Positions 19,358-30,626 are shown, counted from the first letter of the stretch. The stretch: 64,000 nucleotides of DNA from Longimicrobiales bacterium (GCA_965226925.1 CBDDEN010000007.1:199998-263997); one strand, 5' to 3'. Made by a program: numbers and translations. The notes: generated by a model not told the origin, from the letters alone.

Positions 19358-19554
19358 GGAGCTACCCCCTTGCATGAATCCAACAGAAGAAGAACCGGCG
19401 GCCCTCCGCCCGCCAACCGAGCAAGGTACGCGGGTAGCCCCCCGTGGGCGAGTGCTCGGCGACTCCCTAAACCTTTCGGTCGGGTCAAGGCGTATTAGAA
19501 TCACGGTGGCGCTCGCAACCCCTGGAACACGGGCGGCGTCGAACAGTACGTAGA

Positions 19555-19956
19555 GTGGCTGGTGGAGCCCGCAGGGTGGTGGACGAGATGCTCACTTGGT
19601 TGCCGACATTGATTCTCGCCGTGGTGCTCGGAGGCGTCAGCCTCCGGAGGGCTTGGGTGAGCCACAAACAGAGGGTGATCGCCGCCCAACTCGTGGTGGA
19701 GCGCCCGAACTCCTACTACGCGTCGAAATGCGTTCGCGACCAAGAGGATGAGGAGTGGTGGCGCCGCATCAGGCTCGACCGCCTGCATGAGGTGAACCGC
19801 GAGTACGTCGAAGGTCTACTCCGCCAGATAGACGGAGCCGGCTTCGACACCCTCTCTCGGGACGAGCGGGCCTTCATGGAACGGATGTCCAATCTCGAGG
19901 CGCCTCCGCGTAAAGGCGTTCGTCCCGAACGCAACCCCTGGCCCTCCCCGGCCTGA
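19555..19956 (+). CDS. Hypothetical single-pass membrane protein
   Basis: N-terminal TM helix LPTLILAVVLGGVSL, then a charged helical region. I recognise no family. Confidence 0.4.
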   Translation: MAGGARRVVDEMLTWLPTLILAVVLGGVSLRRAWVSHKQRVIAAQLVVERPNSYYASKCVRDQEDEEWWRRIRLDRLHEVNREYVEGLLRQIDGAGFDTLSRDERAFMERMSNLEAPPRKGVRPERNPWPSPA

Positions 19957-20023
19957 CGCTCTCCGGCCCCGGCCGGGTTGACGCTCCAGTCACGACGGAA
20001 CCGGATCGCCCGCCCCGGTTTGG

Positions 20024-23000
20024 ATGGCACAGGGGCCCACGCCCAGGTACTTTCGGAGCGTGAATCAGCCGCAACTGCCCCAACGTCCTAGTCTCACCAA
20101 GGTGCAGGCGCTCGACCTTCTCGGGTCCCACTTCGGACTCGTCGGAGACGTAGATTCGCTCCCTAGCTGGCGCGATCAGAACTTCCGGGTGGTCACCGAC
20201 GGGGGCGACCGGTTCGTCCTCAAGATCGCGAACGCCGACGAACCGATGGCCCTGCTGGATCTCCAGACCGACGCCCTGGCGTTCCTGGCCGACCGGGATA
20301 TCGGCATCGATCTCCCGAAGACGGTACCGACCATGGCGGGAGATCGGGGTGTCGCGGCTCCCGGTCGGAACGGCGCGACGCACTGGGTGCGACTCCTCAC
20401 GTATGTGCACGGAGAGGTCCTCGGAGGGATCCGCCCCCGCACGCCGGCTCTGCTGGAGTCCTTCGGTGAGGCGATCGGTCGACTCGACACCGAGCTCGCG
20501 ACCTTCGACCACCAGGCGGCCGTACGCCCGGACTTCCTATGGGATCTGACCCGCGCCCGCGAAGTCATGGCCGAAGGCCTGTCCTCAGTGGTCGGGAAGG
20601 AGCGGCGGGCCCGGGTCGAGGCGGTGGCCCGTGAGTTCGAGTCGGTTGTGGCACCGCTCCTGCCCAAAGTGCCGAGGAGCGTCATCCACAACGACGCCAA
20701 CGACTACAACGTGCTGGTCGGCCCTCCAACACCGGGGGGGCGCAGGGTCGTCGGGCTCCTCGATTTCGGAGACGTGTTGAAGGGCCCGACGGTCTGTGAC
20801 CTCGCCATCGCCGCCGCCTACGCCCTGATGGGTGCGCCCGACCCGATCTCCGCGATGATCTCAGTGGTGCGGAGGTACGATCGCCACCGTCCGCTCACGG
20901 AGGAGGAGATCGAGATTCTCTTTCCCCTCGTCCAGGCCCGGCTGGGTGTGAGCGTCAGCATCTCGGCGAAGGGAAGCGAGGGGGACTCGGAGGACGGGTA
21001 CTTCACCATCAGCGAGGCCCCGGCCTGGGAGGCGCTTACTTCTCTGGCGTCCGTCCATCCACGAGTGGCCCGCAACCTCTTCAGGGACGCGTGCGGATTG
21101 GAGCCGTGCCCTCGGCACCAGGCAGTGACCGGGTGGATCGCGTCTCACCGAGAGCACCTGGGCCCCGTGGTCAGGGAGGCTTTGGACGATGCGCTCGTCT
21201 TCGATCTCAGCGCGAGCAGTTCCGAGATCGAGGACCTGGACCGGGTCCTCGATCCCGCGACGTTCAACGTGCAACTCGTGCGGCGTCTGGAAGATCAGGG
21301 CTCCAAGGTGGGCGTCGGTCGATACGGCGAGCCCCGTGTTTGGCACGCGTCGGACAGCTACGGCCAGGCTGCGGGAGAGTTCCCCGAGAGGCGGACGGTC
21401 CATACAGCCATCGACGTCTTCCTTCCCGCTGGAAGCGACGTCCTGGCACCCCTTTCCGGGTGCGTCCACAGTCTGAAGAACAATTCGGAGAGGCTGGACT
21501 ACGGACCCACGATCATCCTCGAACACGCGCCGGAGGACGGGCCCACGTTCTGGACCCTGTACGGGCATTTGGCCGCAGAGTCCTTGGAGGGCCTGGAGGT
21601 GGGGCTTTCAGTAGCCGGGGGGCAGGAGATCGCACGCCTCGGAGACTTCCCGGAGAACGGGGACTGGCCGCCGCACCTTCACTTCCAGTTGATCACCGAC
21701 CTGTTGGATTCGGAAGGGAATTTCCCGGGAGTGGCTCTGCCCAGCCAGCAGAACGTGTGGCTGAGCATGTCCCCCGACCCCGGCGTCATGCTCGCTCTGC
21801 CCGAGGGCTCGGCATACGCCCCGCCCCAGCCGGTCGAGGCGGTCAGAGATCTCCGCCGAGCACATGTGTCGGCGTCCCTGAGCCTCTCCTACGCAGAACC
21901 GCTCCACATCGTCCGAGGGTGGAAGCAACACCTCATCGATGCGCAGGGACAGGCCTACCTCGACTGTGTCAACAACGTCTGTCACGTGGGCCATTGTCAC
22001 CCCCGCGTAGTCGAGGCCGCCGAGAGGCAGATGGGCGTCCTCAACACGAACACCCGGTACCTCCACGAGTTGATCGGGCTCTACTGCGCGCGCCTGACGG
22101 CCACCCTGCCCGACCCGCTCTCCGTCTGCTTCCTGGTGAACTCCGGAAGCGAGGCCAACGAACTAGCGCTTCGACTCGCCCGCGCGCACACCAAACGGGA
22201 CGACTTCATCGTCGTGGGGGGAGCCTACCATGGAAATACAGGAGCGACGGTGGCGGTAAGCCCCTACAAGTTCGAGGGGCCGGGCGGGGAAGGCGCCGCC
22301 CCCCACATCCACTCGGTCGCTATGCCCGACGACTACCGCGGACGCTTCCGTCGGCCCGATCCCGACCGCGGCAAACGGTACGCCGAACTGTTGGTGGAAG
22401 CGGCGGCAGAAGCGCACCGCAGGTCCTTCGGCCCGGCGGCGTTCATCTGCGAGAGCCTGTTGAGCTGTGGAGGGCAGATCGAGTTGCCTCCGGGCTACCT
22501 GGAGGTGGCCTACTCCCTGGTGCGTGAGGACGGCGGAGTCTGCATCTGTGACGAGGTGCAGGTGGGTTTCGGCCGTGTGGGGAGCCACTTCTGGGGCTTC
22601 GAGACACAGGGCGTCGTTCCCGACATAGTGACCATGGGTAAACCGATCGGGAACGGGCATCCTCTGGGCGCCGTCGTCACCACGCCCGAGATCGCCAAGA
22701 GCTTCGCGAACGGCATGGAGTACTTCAACACGTTTGGAGGTAACCCCGTATCGTGCGCCGTCGGTCTGGCGGTACTCGACGTGATCGAGCAGGAAGGACT
22801 CCAGGAGCGTGCCCACCGCGTAGGCAGCCACCTGAGCCACGGCCTTCGCACGCTGATGGAACGGCATCCGGCCGTGGGAGACGTGCGCGGCCTCGGCCTA
22901 TTACTGGGGATCGAAATCGTATCCGACAGAGCCGGCCCGACGCCGCACGCCGGTGTCGCCACCTACGTCGTGGAGAGAATGAAGGATCACGGAGTCCTCC

Positions 23001-23140
23001 TGAGTACGGACGGACCCGATCACAACGTGATCAAGATCAAGCCACCGCTGGTGTTCGCCGAAGGCGATGCGGACCGAGTTGTCGAGGTCCTGGACCGGGT
23101 ACTATCGGAGGACTACGTAAGGGCAACCTGCGGCGAGTGA
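20024..23140 (+). CDS. Tri-domain fusion: APH-type phosphotransferase + M23 peptidase-like domain + class III PLP aminotransferase-fold domain
   Basis: Kinase motifs [20 protein letters not shown] and LLDFGD. M23 motifs [20 protein letters not shown] and PPHLHFQL. Aminotransferase III motifs [25 protein letters not shown] and [15 protein letters not shown]. It is a single uninterrupted 1038-aa ORF. Confidence 0.85.
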   Translation: MAQGPTPRYFRSVNQPQLPQRPSLTKVQALDLLGSHFGLVGDVDSLPSWRDQNFRVVTDGGDRFVLKIANADEPMALLDLQTDALAFLADRDIGIDLPKTVPTMAGDRGVAAPGRNGATHWVRLLTYVHGEVLGGIRPRTPALLESFGEAIGRLDTELATFDHQAAVRPDFLWDLTRAREVMAEGLSSVVGKERRARVEAVAREFESVVAPLLPKVPRSVIHNDANDYNVLVGPPTPGGRRVVGLLDFGDVLKGPTVCDLAIAAAYALMGAPDPISAMISVVRRYDRHRPLTEEEIEILFPLVQARLGVSVSISAKGSEGDSEDGYFTISEAPAWEALTSLASVHPRVARNLFRDACGLEPCPRHQAVTGWIASHREHLGPVVREALDDALVFDLSASSSEIEDLDRVLDPATFNVQLVRRLEDQGSKVGVGRYGEPRVWHASDSYGQAAGEFPERRTVHTAIDVFLPAGSDVLAPLSGCVHSLKNNSERLDYGPTIILEHAPEDGPTFWTLYGHLAAESLEGLEVGLSVAGGQEIARLGDFPENGDWPPHLHFQLITDLLDSEGNFPGVALPSQQNVWLSMSPDPGVMLALPEGSAYAPPQPVEAVRDLRRAHVSASLSLSYAEPLHIVRGWKQHLIDAQGQAYLDCVNNVCHVGHCHPRVVEAAERQMGVLNTNTRYLHELIGLYCARLTATLPDPLSVCFLVNSGSEANELALRLARAHTKRDDFIVVGGAYHGNTGATVAVSPYKFEGPGGEGAAPHIHSVAMPDDYRGRFRRPDPDRGKRYAELLVEAAAEAHRRSFGPAAFICESLLSCGGQIELPPGYLEVAYSLVREDGGVCICDEVQVGFGRVGSHFWGFETQGVVPDIVTMGKPIGNGHPLGAVVTTPEIAKSFANGMEYFNTFGGNPVSCAVGLAVLDVIEQEGLQERAHRVGSHLSHGLRTLMERHPAVGDVRGLGLLLGIEIVSDRAGPTPHAGVATYVVERMKDHGVLLSTDGPDHNVIKIKPPLVFAEGDADRVVEVLDRVLSEDYVRATCGE

Positions 23141-23169
23141 CGCGCGGACGATCGACAACACGCGAGTGA

Positions 23170-23529
23170 TCACTTCTCCCCCTTGTCGTCATTCAGAAGT
23201 ACCGACAGCAGCATCGAGATAATCGAGATGACCACGCTTCCGATGACCGCCGGCCAAATCCCCGCGACCGCGAAGTTGTCCACCAACTCGGCCGTGAGGA
23301 GCAGCATCGCACCGTTGATGACCAGGTAGAACAGTCCCAGGGTGAAGAAGAGGAACGGTAGCGAGAAGAAGAAGACGATCGGCTTGACGAGGGCGTTCAC
23401 GAGCCCGAACACGAGGGCCACGAACAGCACATCCCAGTACCCGCCCGCCAAGTCTATACCGTCGACGAAGTAGGCGGCCCCCGTCAGGGCGAACGCATTG
23501 ATGATGAGACGGATCGCGAAGTTTCTCAC
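23170..23529 (-). CDS. Phage holin family IV-like small membrane protein (PF04020-type)
   Basis: 119 aa with four TM helices. The pattern is RLIINAFALTGAAYFV.GI..GG....LFVALVFGLVNALVKPI..FFSLPF.FFTLGLFYLVINGAMLLLT. Confidence 0.7.
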   Translation of the reverse strand: MRNFAIRLIINAFALTGAAYFVDGIDLAGGYWDVLFVALVFGLVNALVKPIVFFFSLPFLFFTLGLFYLVINGAMLLLTAELVDNFAVAGIWPAVIGSVVISIISMLLSVLLNDDKGEK

Positions 23530-23696
23530 GGTTGCTCCAGCGCAATCTGCGGGTCCCGATCACCTGCACGTTAGCGGGGCCCGTAAGTGACATCGACGAC
23601 GGCCGACGAACCCTCCACGACGGGAATCAGACGAATCCGGTTTCGGAAGGGCCTGTCGAGGCGTCGCCCAGACTCGACCGTCGCGGATGAAACCGC

Positions 23697-24182
23697 TCAA
23701 CGCTTGGCGTAGACGGCTGTCTGCCCGTTGTCGTCGAACGCGATGACGTCGTACGGCTGGGCCGGCTGGCCCGGAACTTCCATCCCGGGACTGCCGACAA
23801 CCATGCCCGGCACAGACAAGCCGGTGATCTCCGGCTTCTCGTCCAGCATCTTCCTGACCAAGTCCGCGGGTACATGGCCCTCCACTACGTAACCGTCCAC
23901 CAAGGCCGTGTGGCAGGAGCCGAGTTGGGGTGACACCCCATTCTGCGTCTTGATCGTCTGCAGATCGTTGACGTCGCGCACGTCGAGCTCGAAACCGGCC
24001 GCGCGCATGTGCTCCACCCAGTCGCCGCAGCAACCGCAGGACGGGTTCTTGTAGACGGTCACGATACCGGCCGTTTCCGTGGCCGTTGTATACCACGAGA
24101 GAAGTCCGGCAATGATCAGCGCGAATGCGCCCCCTCCGGCCAGCGCCGTGATTCTCTTCTTCATCATGAGATCTCTCCTCAC
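23697..24182 (-). CDS. DUF411 metal-binding protein (copper-resistance associated)
   Basis: The sequence contains NPSCGCCGDW, SCHTALVDGYVVEGHVPA and VPGMVVGSPGME. Confidence 0.8.
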   Translation of the reverse strand: MRRDLMMKKRITALAGGGAFALIIAGLLSWYTTATETAGIVTVYKNPSCGCCGDWVEHMRAAGFELDVRDVNDLQTIKTQNGVSPQLGSCHTALVDGYVVEGHVPADLVRKMLDEKPEITGLSVPGMVVGSPGMEVPGQPAQPYDVIAFDDNGQTAVYAKR

Positions 24183-24475
24183 CAGTAACCGCTCGACTAC
24201 CGTCTATACGATGGCCTCATCCGATGTTCCCGGGCTGTCGGAGATGGACCGCAGCTAACGTAGGGCATTTCCCGACCGTCCGGGATGCCGCTCATCCTAC
24301 GCCGTCGCCGTCGCCTGGTTCTTGCGAGACGCGCGGCAGCGGGCCGAAGCCGAGGATTTCACGTGATTTTCTAGGCCGCGCCGGCCGCTGCATTATCTGC
24401 ATCATTGCCTCAGACGTATCGACGTGGGCACATTCCGCTTCGATCGCACCCCCCAGTCCCGACCCACCGTGCGTC

Positions 24476-25743
24476 ATGAGCGATTCAGAAGCACAGACTC
24501 AACTCCAATCCGAGCTTTCGCCCGATTTCCAGATCGTGCGTCTTCTCGGGGACGGCTCCATGGCGAATGTGTATCTCGCCAGGGAGACGGCCCTGTCACG
24601 CATGGTGGCCATCAAGGTGATGAAGCCCCAACTGGCGGGTGACGAGACGGCGCGGAAACGCTTCGAGAGGGAGGCCCGCTCCGCCGCCAAGATCCACCAT
24701 CAAAACGTGGCCACGGTGCACGGGTCGGTTCTCTGAAGGACGAAACCCCCTTCATCGTCATGGAGCACATCGAGGGACGAAATCTCGATGACGCCCTTCA
24801 GGCCGAGGGAGCGATGGGAATCGAGCAGGCGTGCAAGGTCCTGACCCAAGTGGCGTCCGCACTGGCCGCGGCACATGAAAAGGGCATCGTACACCGGGAC
24901 GTGAGACCCGCAAACGTGGTGCGGGAGAGGGACTCCAACCGCGTCGTCCTCGCCGACTTCGGTATCGCAGGCATCCTCGATACCGACGCAGGCAGCGTCA
25001 CCCGGATCACGCAGCAGGGACAACTCCTCGGGAACCCGCGCTACATGAGCCCCGAACAACTCCTGGGTGAACCCCTCACCGACGCGTCGGACGTGTACAG
25101 CCTGGGCATTCTCGCGTATGAGGTCCTGACACTCAAGCACGCTTACGGCGCGACGTCGAAGGTGCAGGTCGCCACGGCACACCTGGAGAAAGACCCCATC
25201 GCTCTGCGCCAACTTCGTCCCGACGCCGACCCACGGCTGGAGGAGCTACTGCGGCGCTGTCTGGCGAAGAAGCCCAACCATCGTCCCCGGGCCACGGAGG
25301 TGGCGAAGGCCCTGCAACAGATAACCGAAAAGCCCAAGACCGGGGGCCGGGGCGGATCGACGCGCGAGGTGCTTCCCGCGGCCGTTCAGAACATCCCGGC
25401 CCTTCAGAGCTTTCTGGGCGAGCTCAGGCGGCGCCACGTTTACAACGTGGCGGTGTTCTACATCCTGGTGGCAGGCGGCATCCTGACCACGGCCGACCTG
25501 ACGATCGAGTCGCTACCCGTGCCGGAGAACACCCAGAAGGTCTTGGTCGCCCTGGCGCTCGGAGGTTTCCCGCTGGCGCTGGTGATCGCGTGGATGTTCG
25601 ACATCACCAGCAAGGGACTGCGTCGCACCCAGGCCGTCTCGCCCAAGGGGGCGAGGGCCAAGATGCTGGCGCTTCAGTTCACCTTCCTGGGATCGGCGCT
25701 GGTCCTTGCGGCCCTTATCGCATGGTGGGTGCTGCGGGGGTAG
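24476..25743 (+). pseudogene. Membrane-anchored Ser/Thr protein kinase with a 1-nt frameshift in subdomain IV/V
   Basis: The N-terminal part (LLGDGSMANVYLA..VAIKVMK) ends at the TGA at 24734. The kinase continues in another frame (VGSLKDETPFIVMEHIEG..HRDVRPANV..ADFGIA..YMSPEQ). A missing G in the GGG run at 24722-24724 would rejoin the two parts. TM helices lie at the C-terminus. Confidence 0.75.
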
Positions 25744-26431
25744 CGAAAGCCACAACCAGGAGTAGCACGACCAAGCCCAGTTCGTCGGCAGGCAACATGG
25801 GCACGACCCGCGGGTCAGCCGCTTCCATCACCATCGTGGCGAGTAGCAGCGCCATGCCGGTAGCCACCGGAAGGGCCGACGCGGGCTCTTCGCCCTCGGA
25901 GAATCCCCACCAGGCGAAGGCGCAGACCCCGTAGAGCACGAAAGTCAGCAGCTCCACAACGTGTGACCAGGTGGACGGGATGGCGACCGCCTGGACGATA
26001 ACCTCGCCCCACGGAAGCAGGACGCCCTGCACTTCGATGACCCCGGTGAACAGCAGCGTCTGCGGGGAAAGAGCGTTCCAGGCGACGACGATCGCCGAAG
26101 CGCCGGTCGCCGTCCAAAGGAGCCAACCCGGCACCACGCGCGTGCGCAGAGCCGAGAGCCAGACGAGTCCCAGATACGCCAACGGCGCGAACATGACATG
26201 GACGCGAACCGCGGCCACGTAGTCGTCGATCGCAACCGATCGGTAGACGCCCAGGGCCGCGTACGCATATGCGGCGATCATCATGGCGGCGGCGGCGAAA
26301 GCCGCATGGATCCGATCGCGTGAGGCCCTGAAGTCCAAGAGCAAGTACTTCAGCGAAAGCACGATGCCCACCGCGCTGGAACCGGTCAGGGCCCACCGCA
26401 GAAGTGGGTAGTGGTACAGAAACTGTACCAC
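25715..26431 (-). CDS. Polytopic membrane protein, function unknown
   Basis: 238 aa with at least 6 hydrophobic helices. I recognise no family. Confidence 0.5.
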   Translation of the reverse strand: MVQFLYHYPLLRWALTGSSAVGIVLSLKYLLLDFRASRDRIHAAFAAAAMMIAAYAYAALGVYRSVAIDDYVAAVRVHVMFAPLAYLGLVWLSALRTRVVPGWLLWTATGASAIVVAWNALSPQTLLFTGVIEVQGVLLPWGEVIVQAVAIPSTWSHVVELLTFVLYGVCAFAWWGFSEGEEPASALPVATGMALLLATMVMEAADPRVVPMLPADELGLVVLLLVVAFATPAAPTMR

Positions 26432-26584
26432 TACCCAGAAGTGAGGTCATGTGACTCGTCTGGCGCCAATGAGTAGACTTGGGGTAGTGTCGATCTCGGG
26501 CCTCCCCACAAGGGAGTGAACACCGCGTGCAACACACTAGCGCCCCGCCGCTGGAGCCGAAACGACAACAGAACAGGGAGTCCA

Positions 26585-26791
26585 ATGACCAAGACACTCG
26601 CGATCACCGGAATGTCCTGCGGACATTGCGTGAGCCATGTGAAGTCGGCGCTGGAGGGCCTCGAGGGGGTGATCGAAGCCAACGTATCACTCGAAGAGAA
26701 CCGGGCCGACGTGGCCGTGTCGACGGAGGTCTCCGACGCCGATCTCGTCGCCGCCGTCGAGGCCGCCGGTTATCAAGCCGAGGCCCTATAG
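26585..26791 (+). CDS. copZ: Heavy-metal-associated (HMA) copper chaperone
   Basis: The sequence MTKTLAITGMSCGHCVSHVKSALEGLEGV.. carries the MxCxxC motif. The ATG at 26585 follows GGGAG. Confidence 0.85.
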   Translation: MTKTLAITGMSCGHCVSHVKSALEGLEGVIEANVSLEENRADVAVSTEVSDADLVAAVEAAGYQAEAL

Positions 26792-26889
26792 TGTTCAGCC
26801 GCCGCGGCGCGACGGCAGGAGGCAGCAGGTGGTGCTGGTGGATCTGGACACACGGCCCCGGCATCGGCAGATCGTGGTGAACCTACTCG

Positions 26890-29370
26890 GTGACTGAACG
26901 ATCGGCGTCGACGGTCCGGGCGGTCGTGAACGCCGCCCTGCTCGCGGTCGTACTGTACGTCGGAGCCCGAGGCTCGGGGCCCATTCCCGCTCTCGGCCCG
27001 TTTCTCGATCCCGTCAGTGGCATCTGGTCCAGCGCCCGGAGCGCGACCCTTCCCGCGACGGTCACCCATGCCGTGCCAGGGCTCTCCGGTGAGGTCCGGG
27101 TAGTGTACGACGAGCGGCACGTCCCTCACATCTTCGCCGAAAGGGTGGCGGACGCGATGCGTGGCCTCGGCTACGCGGTGGCCCGCGATCGTCTGTTCCA
27201 GATGGAGCTGCAGACCCGCGCCACCGCGGGCACCTTGACCGAGCTCGTCGGCGAAGCGGCTCTGGGAGCCGATCAGCGGTCGAGGCGGCTCGCCCTCGCG
27301 TGGTCGGCGGAGCGGGACTACTCGAGAATGGAGCCCGGGTCTGAGCTGGTCACCTATCTCGAGGCGTACGCGCAAGGCGTCAACGCTTGGATGACCGAGA
27401 TGTCCCCGGCGGAGGTTCCGCTGGAGTATCGGCTCTTGGGCGGCACGCCGATGGCCTGGCAGCCCCAGCACTCGCTCTACCTGCTCAAACGCATGGGATG
27501 GACCCTCTCGATGGTCAATACCGAGCGTCGCAAGGAGGCGGCAGCGGCGATGGTGGGTCGTGAGGCGGCCGACGGGCTGTTCCCCATAAACGCCCCCATC
27601 CAGGAGCCCATCCAGCCGAACGGTCTGCGGGAGGCCCGCTTCGACCCGGTCTCGCTGCCGCCGCCGGGCGAGCCCGCTCCGGAGATAGTCGCACAGTTGG
27701 CGGCGCTGCGAGGCTTCTTGGGTCCGTCGGATACCGCCGTGAACGATGAGCGTGAGGCCGTGCTGGGGTCCAACAACTGGGCCATCGGACCGTCACGCTC
27801 GACCAGCGGACACGCGATCCTCGCCGGCGATCCGCATCTCGACTTCACTTTACCGAGCATCTGGTACGAGGCCCATCTCGTGGTTCCGGGCCATCTGGAC
27901 GTCTACGGGGTGACGATCCCCGGGACGCCCACAATCACGATCGGCTTCAACCGCGACGTTGCCTGGACCTTTACGAACACCGGGTCCGACGTGATGGACT
28001 TTTACCGCGAGACCGTCGACGACGACGAACGCCCGGAGAGCTACCGACTGGACGGTAAGTGGCGTCCGTTCGAGCGTCGTATCGAGACGTATCGAGCGCC
28101 GGACGGCGCCGTGTTGGCCGTGGACACGATCCTGCACACGCACCGGGGTCCCGTGAGCCGTGTTTTGGACCGGTACGTTTCCCTGCGCTGGACCGTGCTG
28201 GAGGACCAGGGCGAGCTCTCGGCTCTTCTCGGGGTCAACCGTGCCCGCTCGGTCGACGAGTGGATGACGGCCATGGAGACGTGGGTAGCGCCCACACAAA
28301 ACGGCCTGGTGGCAGACCGTCAGGGCAACATCGGCATCCGGTCCACCGGTCGATACCCGATTCGTCCCCCGGGGACCAGCGGCGACTGGGCCTACGACGG
28401 CACGACGTCCAGCAGCGATTGGCAGGGCTGGTACCCGGTGTCCAGCTACCCGAGCTCGGTCAACCCGGCCCAGGGTTACCTCACGTCGAGCAACCAACAG
28501 CCCGTGGACCCCAGGTACGATGACCGATACCTGGGAGCGGACTGGCCCTCGCCCTGGCGGGCCATGCGGATCAACCAACTGCTACGGGCCGACTCCGTGT
28601 TCACGGCGACCGATCTGTCCCGCTTCCAGACCGACCCTGGAAGCCCCCGGGCCGACGTGTTCGTGTATGCCTTTCTCGAGGCGGCAGGGGGTGACGGGCA
28701 CGGAATGTCCGAGGCCGGGCTGCTCTTGGCGGAGTGGGATCGCCGGTACACGACCGAAAACACCCATGCCGCCCTGTTCGAGCTGGCCATGGACGAGCTC
28801 GCGGACCGCACCTGGGACGAACTGGTCGGCTCCGACGGCGAACGGGTCGCGACGCCCAGGACCTCAGTTCTCGCCGCGCTCCTCACCGACCCGGCGAACG
28901 CCTGGTGGGACGACCGCGCCACCGCGGGCGTCGAGGAGCGCGACGACATCCTCAACGCTTCCCTGGACGCCGCACTTCTGACGGCGCGCGATGTCTACGG
29001 CCCCGAAACGGAGGGCGGCTGGACATGGAGCCGGGTGGCCAACGCCAACGTCGTACACTTCCTGGGGATGTCGCCCTTCTCGGCTCTGAACCTCCCCGTT
29101 CGCGGAGGCCCCGAGACGTTGAATCCCAACTCGGGGAACGGCAGGAACGGCGCGAGTTGGCGCATGGTCGTGGAGCTCGGTGACGAGGTCGTGGGGAAAG
29201 GCACGTATCCCGGGGGTCAGTCCGGTCACCCGCTGAGTCCCGCCTATCTGGACCGGATCGACGACTGGGTCGCGGGGGCACTCCAACCTCTCCGTTTTCC
29301 TCGGACCGCCGAGGAGCTCGCAGGCTTTGCGCGCACCGAGGCGACGCTTTTGCCGGGGAGCGGACGATGA
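26890..29370 (+). CDS. Penicillin acylase-family Ntn hydrolase (possible acyl-homoserine-lactone/beta-lactam acylase)
   Basis: 826 aa. The beta-subunit N-terminal nucleophile context is GSNNWAIGPSRSTSGHAILAGDPHL, and the overall family pattern fits. Confidence 0.9.
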   Translation: MTERSASTVRAVVNAALLAVVLYVGARGSGPIPALGPFLDPVSGIWSSARSATLPATVTHAVPGLSGEVRVVYDERHVPHIFAERVADAMRGLGYAVARDRLFQMELQTRATAGTLTELVGEAALGADQRSRRLALAWSAERDYSRMEPGSELVTYLEAYAQGVNAWMTEMSPAEVPLEYRLLGGTPMAWQPQHSLYLLKRMGWTLSMVNTERRKEAAAAMVGREAADGLFPINAPIQEPIQPNGLREARFDPVSLPPPGEPAPEIVAQLAALRGFLGPSDTAVNDEREAVLGSNNWAIGPSRSTSGHAILAGDPHLDFTLPSIWYEAHLVVPGHLDVYGVTIPGTPTITIGFNRDVAWTFTNTGSDVMDFYRETVDDDERPESYRLDGKWRPFERRIETYRAPDGAVLAVDTILHTHRGPVSRVLDRYVSLRWTVLEDQGELSALLGVNRARSVDEWMTAMETWVAPTQNGLVADRQGNIGIRSTGRYPIRPPGTSGDWAYDGTTSSSDWQGWYPVSSYPSSVNPAQGYLTSSNQQPVDPRYDDRYLGADWPSPWRAMRINQLLRADSVFTATDLSRFQTDPGSPRADVFVYAFLEAAGGDGHGMSEAGLLLAEWDRRYTTENTHAALFELAMDELADRTWDELVGSDGERVATPRTSVLAALLTDPANAWWDDRATAGVEERDDILNASLDAALLTARDVYGPETEGGWTWSRVANANVVHFLGMSPFSALNLPVRGGPETLNPNSGNGRNGASWRMVVELGDEVVGKGTYPGGQSGHPLSPAYLDRIDDWVAGALQPLRFPRTAEELAGFARTEATLLPGSGR

Positions 29371-29690
29371 CCCTGTCGTTACTCTCTGGCTCCATGGCGC
29401 TGGGTACGGCAGTGCTGGGATGGTGGGCGGTGCCAGCTTTGGCGCTGGTCTACGGGGCATGGCGCGGAGCGGATCGCGGTGCCGCCGCCGTGGCGGGGAT
29501 CGGTGCGCTCCTGGCATGGAGCGCCCTCATGGCGTGGAATTGGTACGAGGGGCCCGTGGTCGAGCTCGCGCAGTCCCTCGGTGCCGTCATGGGATTGCCG
29601 GGGCGGGCGCTACTGCTCGCCACGCTTCTGTTCCCCGCCGCGCTGGCTTGGACCGCCGCAACGGTCGGAACGGCTATCCGGAGGCCTTAG
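29367..29690 (+). CDS. Small membrane protein, function unknown
   Basis: The ATGA overlaps the acylase stop. Three hydrophobic helices. Confidence 0.5.
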   Translation: MTLSLLSGSMALGTAVLGWWAVPALALVYGAWRGADRGAAAVAGIGALLAWSALMAWNWYEGPVVELAQSLGAVMGLPGRALLLATLLFPAALAWTAATVGTAIRRP

Positions 29691-29924
29691 GCCCCGCTAT
29701 ACCTGCCGTCCGACGGGATTCGTGCAAGGTCGCAGTGGGTCAGATCTTCTTGAGAATCCAGCTCAGCACCACACGAGCGATCCTCCTCAGAATGGTCATC
29801 ATGCCGTCGTTCGGCTCCGATCAGGGTTTTCCGTGTCTCGCGTTCCCCCTACGCTGGTAACGCTCGAGGGGTTTCCCTTCGCACAGTTTGACCATCCGAG
29901 CGCGGGAAAAGTTGCTGCCGGCCG

Positions 29925-30626
29925 TCAGGCCCCCACACGCTCGGCACAGAAATACCCCGCGGCCCGGGGGCCTCGGGCACCGCTGTTCCACGATCCGCTG
30001 AACCCGTCGTCACTGATCTCGTGGAGCTCCAGCACCGTGAAACCCCCATCGAAGCGAAGGACATCTCGGCGGTTGGCGTCCGAGCCAAAACGAATGAGGA
30101 TGCTGGGTCCTTGCGCGGTCACGCTCTCGATGACCAAGACCCCCGGGGCGGCAGGATCGGCACTCGAGAGATCCCCCACACGGAGGGCTCCCACGACTTC
30201 GACGCCCACGTCGGTGGTTCCGTAGAGAGGAGACGCAACCCCGGGAATCGAATTCCAGGAGCTCCCCGCGAACCGCCGCAGATTCTCCCTCTGCTCGTGC
30301 AGAGAGAGGACTCCTTGCGTGGACGCCGGATTGGCTCCCTCCGCCCCTCCCACCATGGTCAGCGTGTACTCTCCGGCCCAGCCGGTCAGCGACGCATCGG
30401 GTCCGAGCGAACCGCTCGACTCGACGCACGTCGCGGCGGCGACCACCTCCGCCGGGGCCTCGGGGGCATCCTCCCGCCCGGGCGTCGAGTCACCGCCAGA
30501 CCGCGCACACGAAGCGAGGATGGAAAGTGCCAGTACGGTGGGCACCACGATGCCCTTCAGGAGGGCACCGGACCGGACCACGGCCCGCCCACGGCCAACG
30601 ACCAGCGCCTCGCCCAGGGCGCTCAT
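29925..30626 (-). CDS. Lipoprotein, function unknown
   Basis: Lipobox LSILASC. The start overlaps the protease stop (ATGA). Confidence 0.55.
   Translation of the reverse strand: MSALGEALVVGRGRAVVRSGALLKGIVVPTVLALSILASCARSGGDSTPGREDAPEAPAEVVAAATCVESSGSLGPDASLTGWAGEYTLTMVGGAEGANPASTQGVLSLHEQRENLRRFAGSSWNSIPGVASPLYGTTDVGVEVVGALRVGDLSSADPAAPGVLVIESVTAQGPSILIRFGSDANRRDVLRFDGGFTVLELHEISDDGFSGSWNSGARGPRAAGYFCAERVGA

Noticed and set aside
19358-19500. Possible Moco riboswitch in the leader of the molybdoenzyme operon (a CCGAGCA/TGCTCGG stem is present).
   Set aside because: I cannot match the conserved Moco-motif core from memory. This needs a covariance-model search (Rfam RF01055) before any claim is made.
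21091-22867. ORFs 21091..22527 (+, 478 aa), 20861..21568 (-) and 22163..22867 (-).
   Set aside because: They are alternative frames of the 1038-aa tri-domain gene, which has motifs throughout.
26432-26584. CsoR/CueR-type operator upstream of copZ (CTACCC ... GGGGTAG).
   Set aside because: The half-sites are about 45 nt apart and do not form a recognisable operator. The evidence is insufficient.
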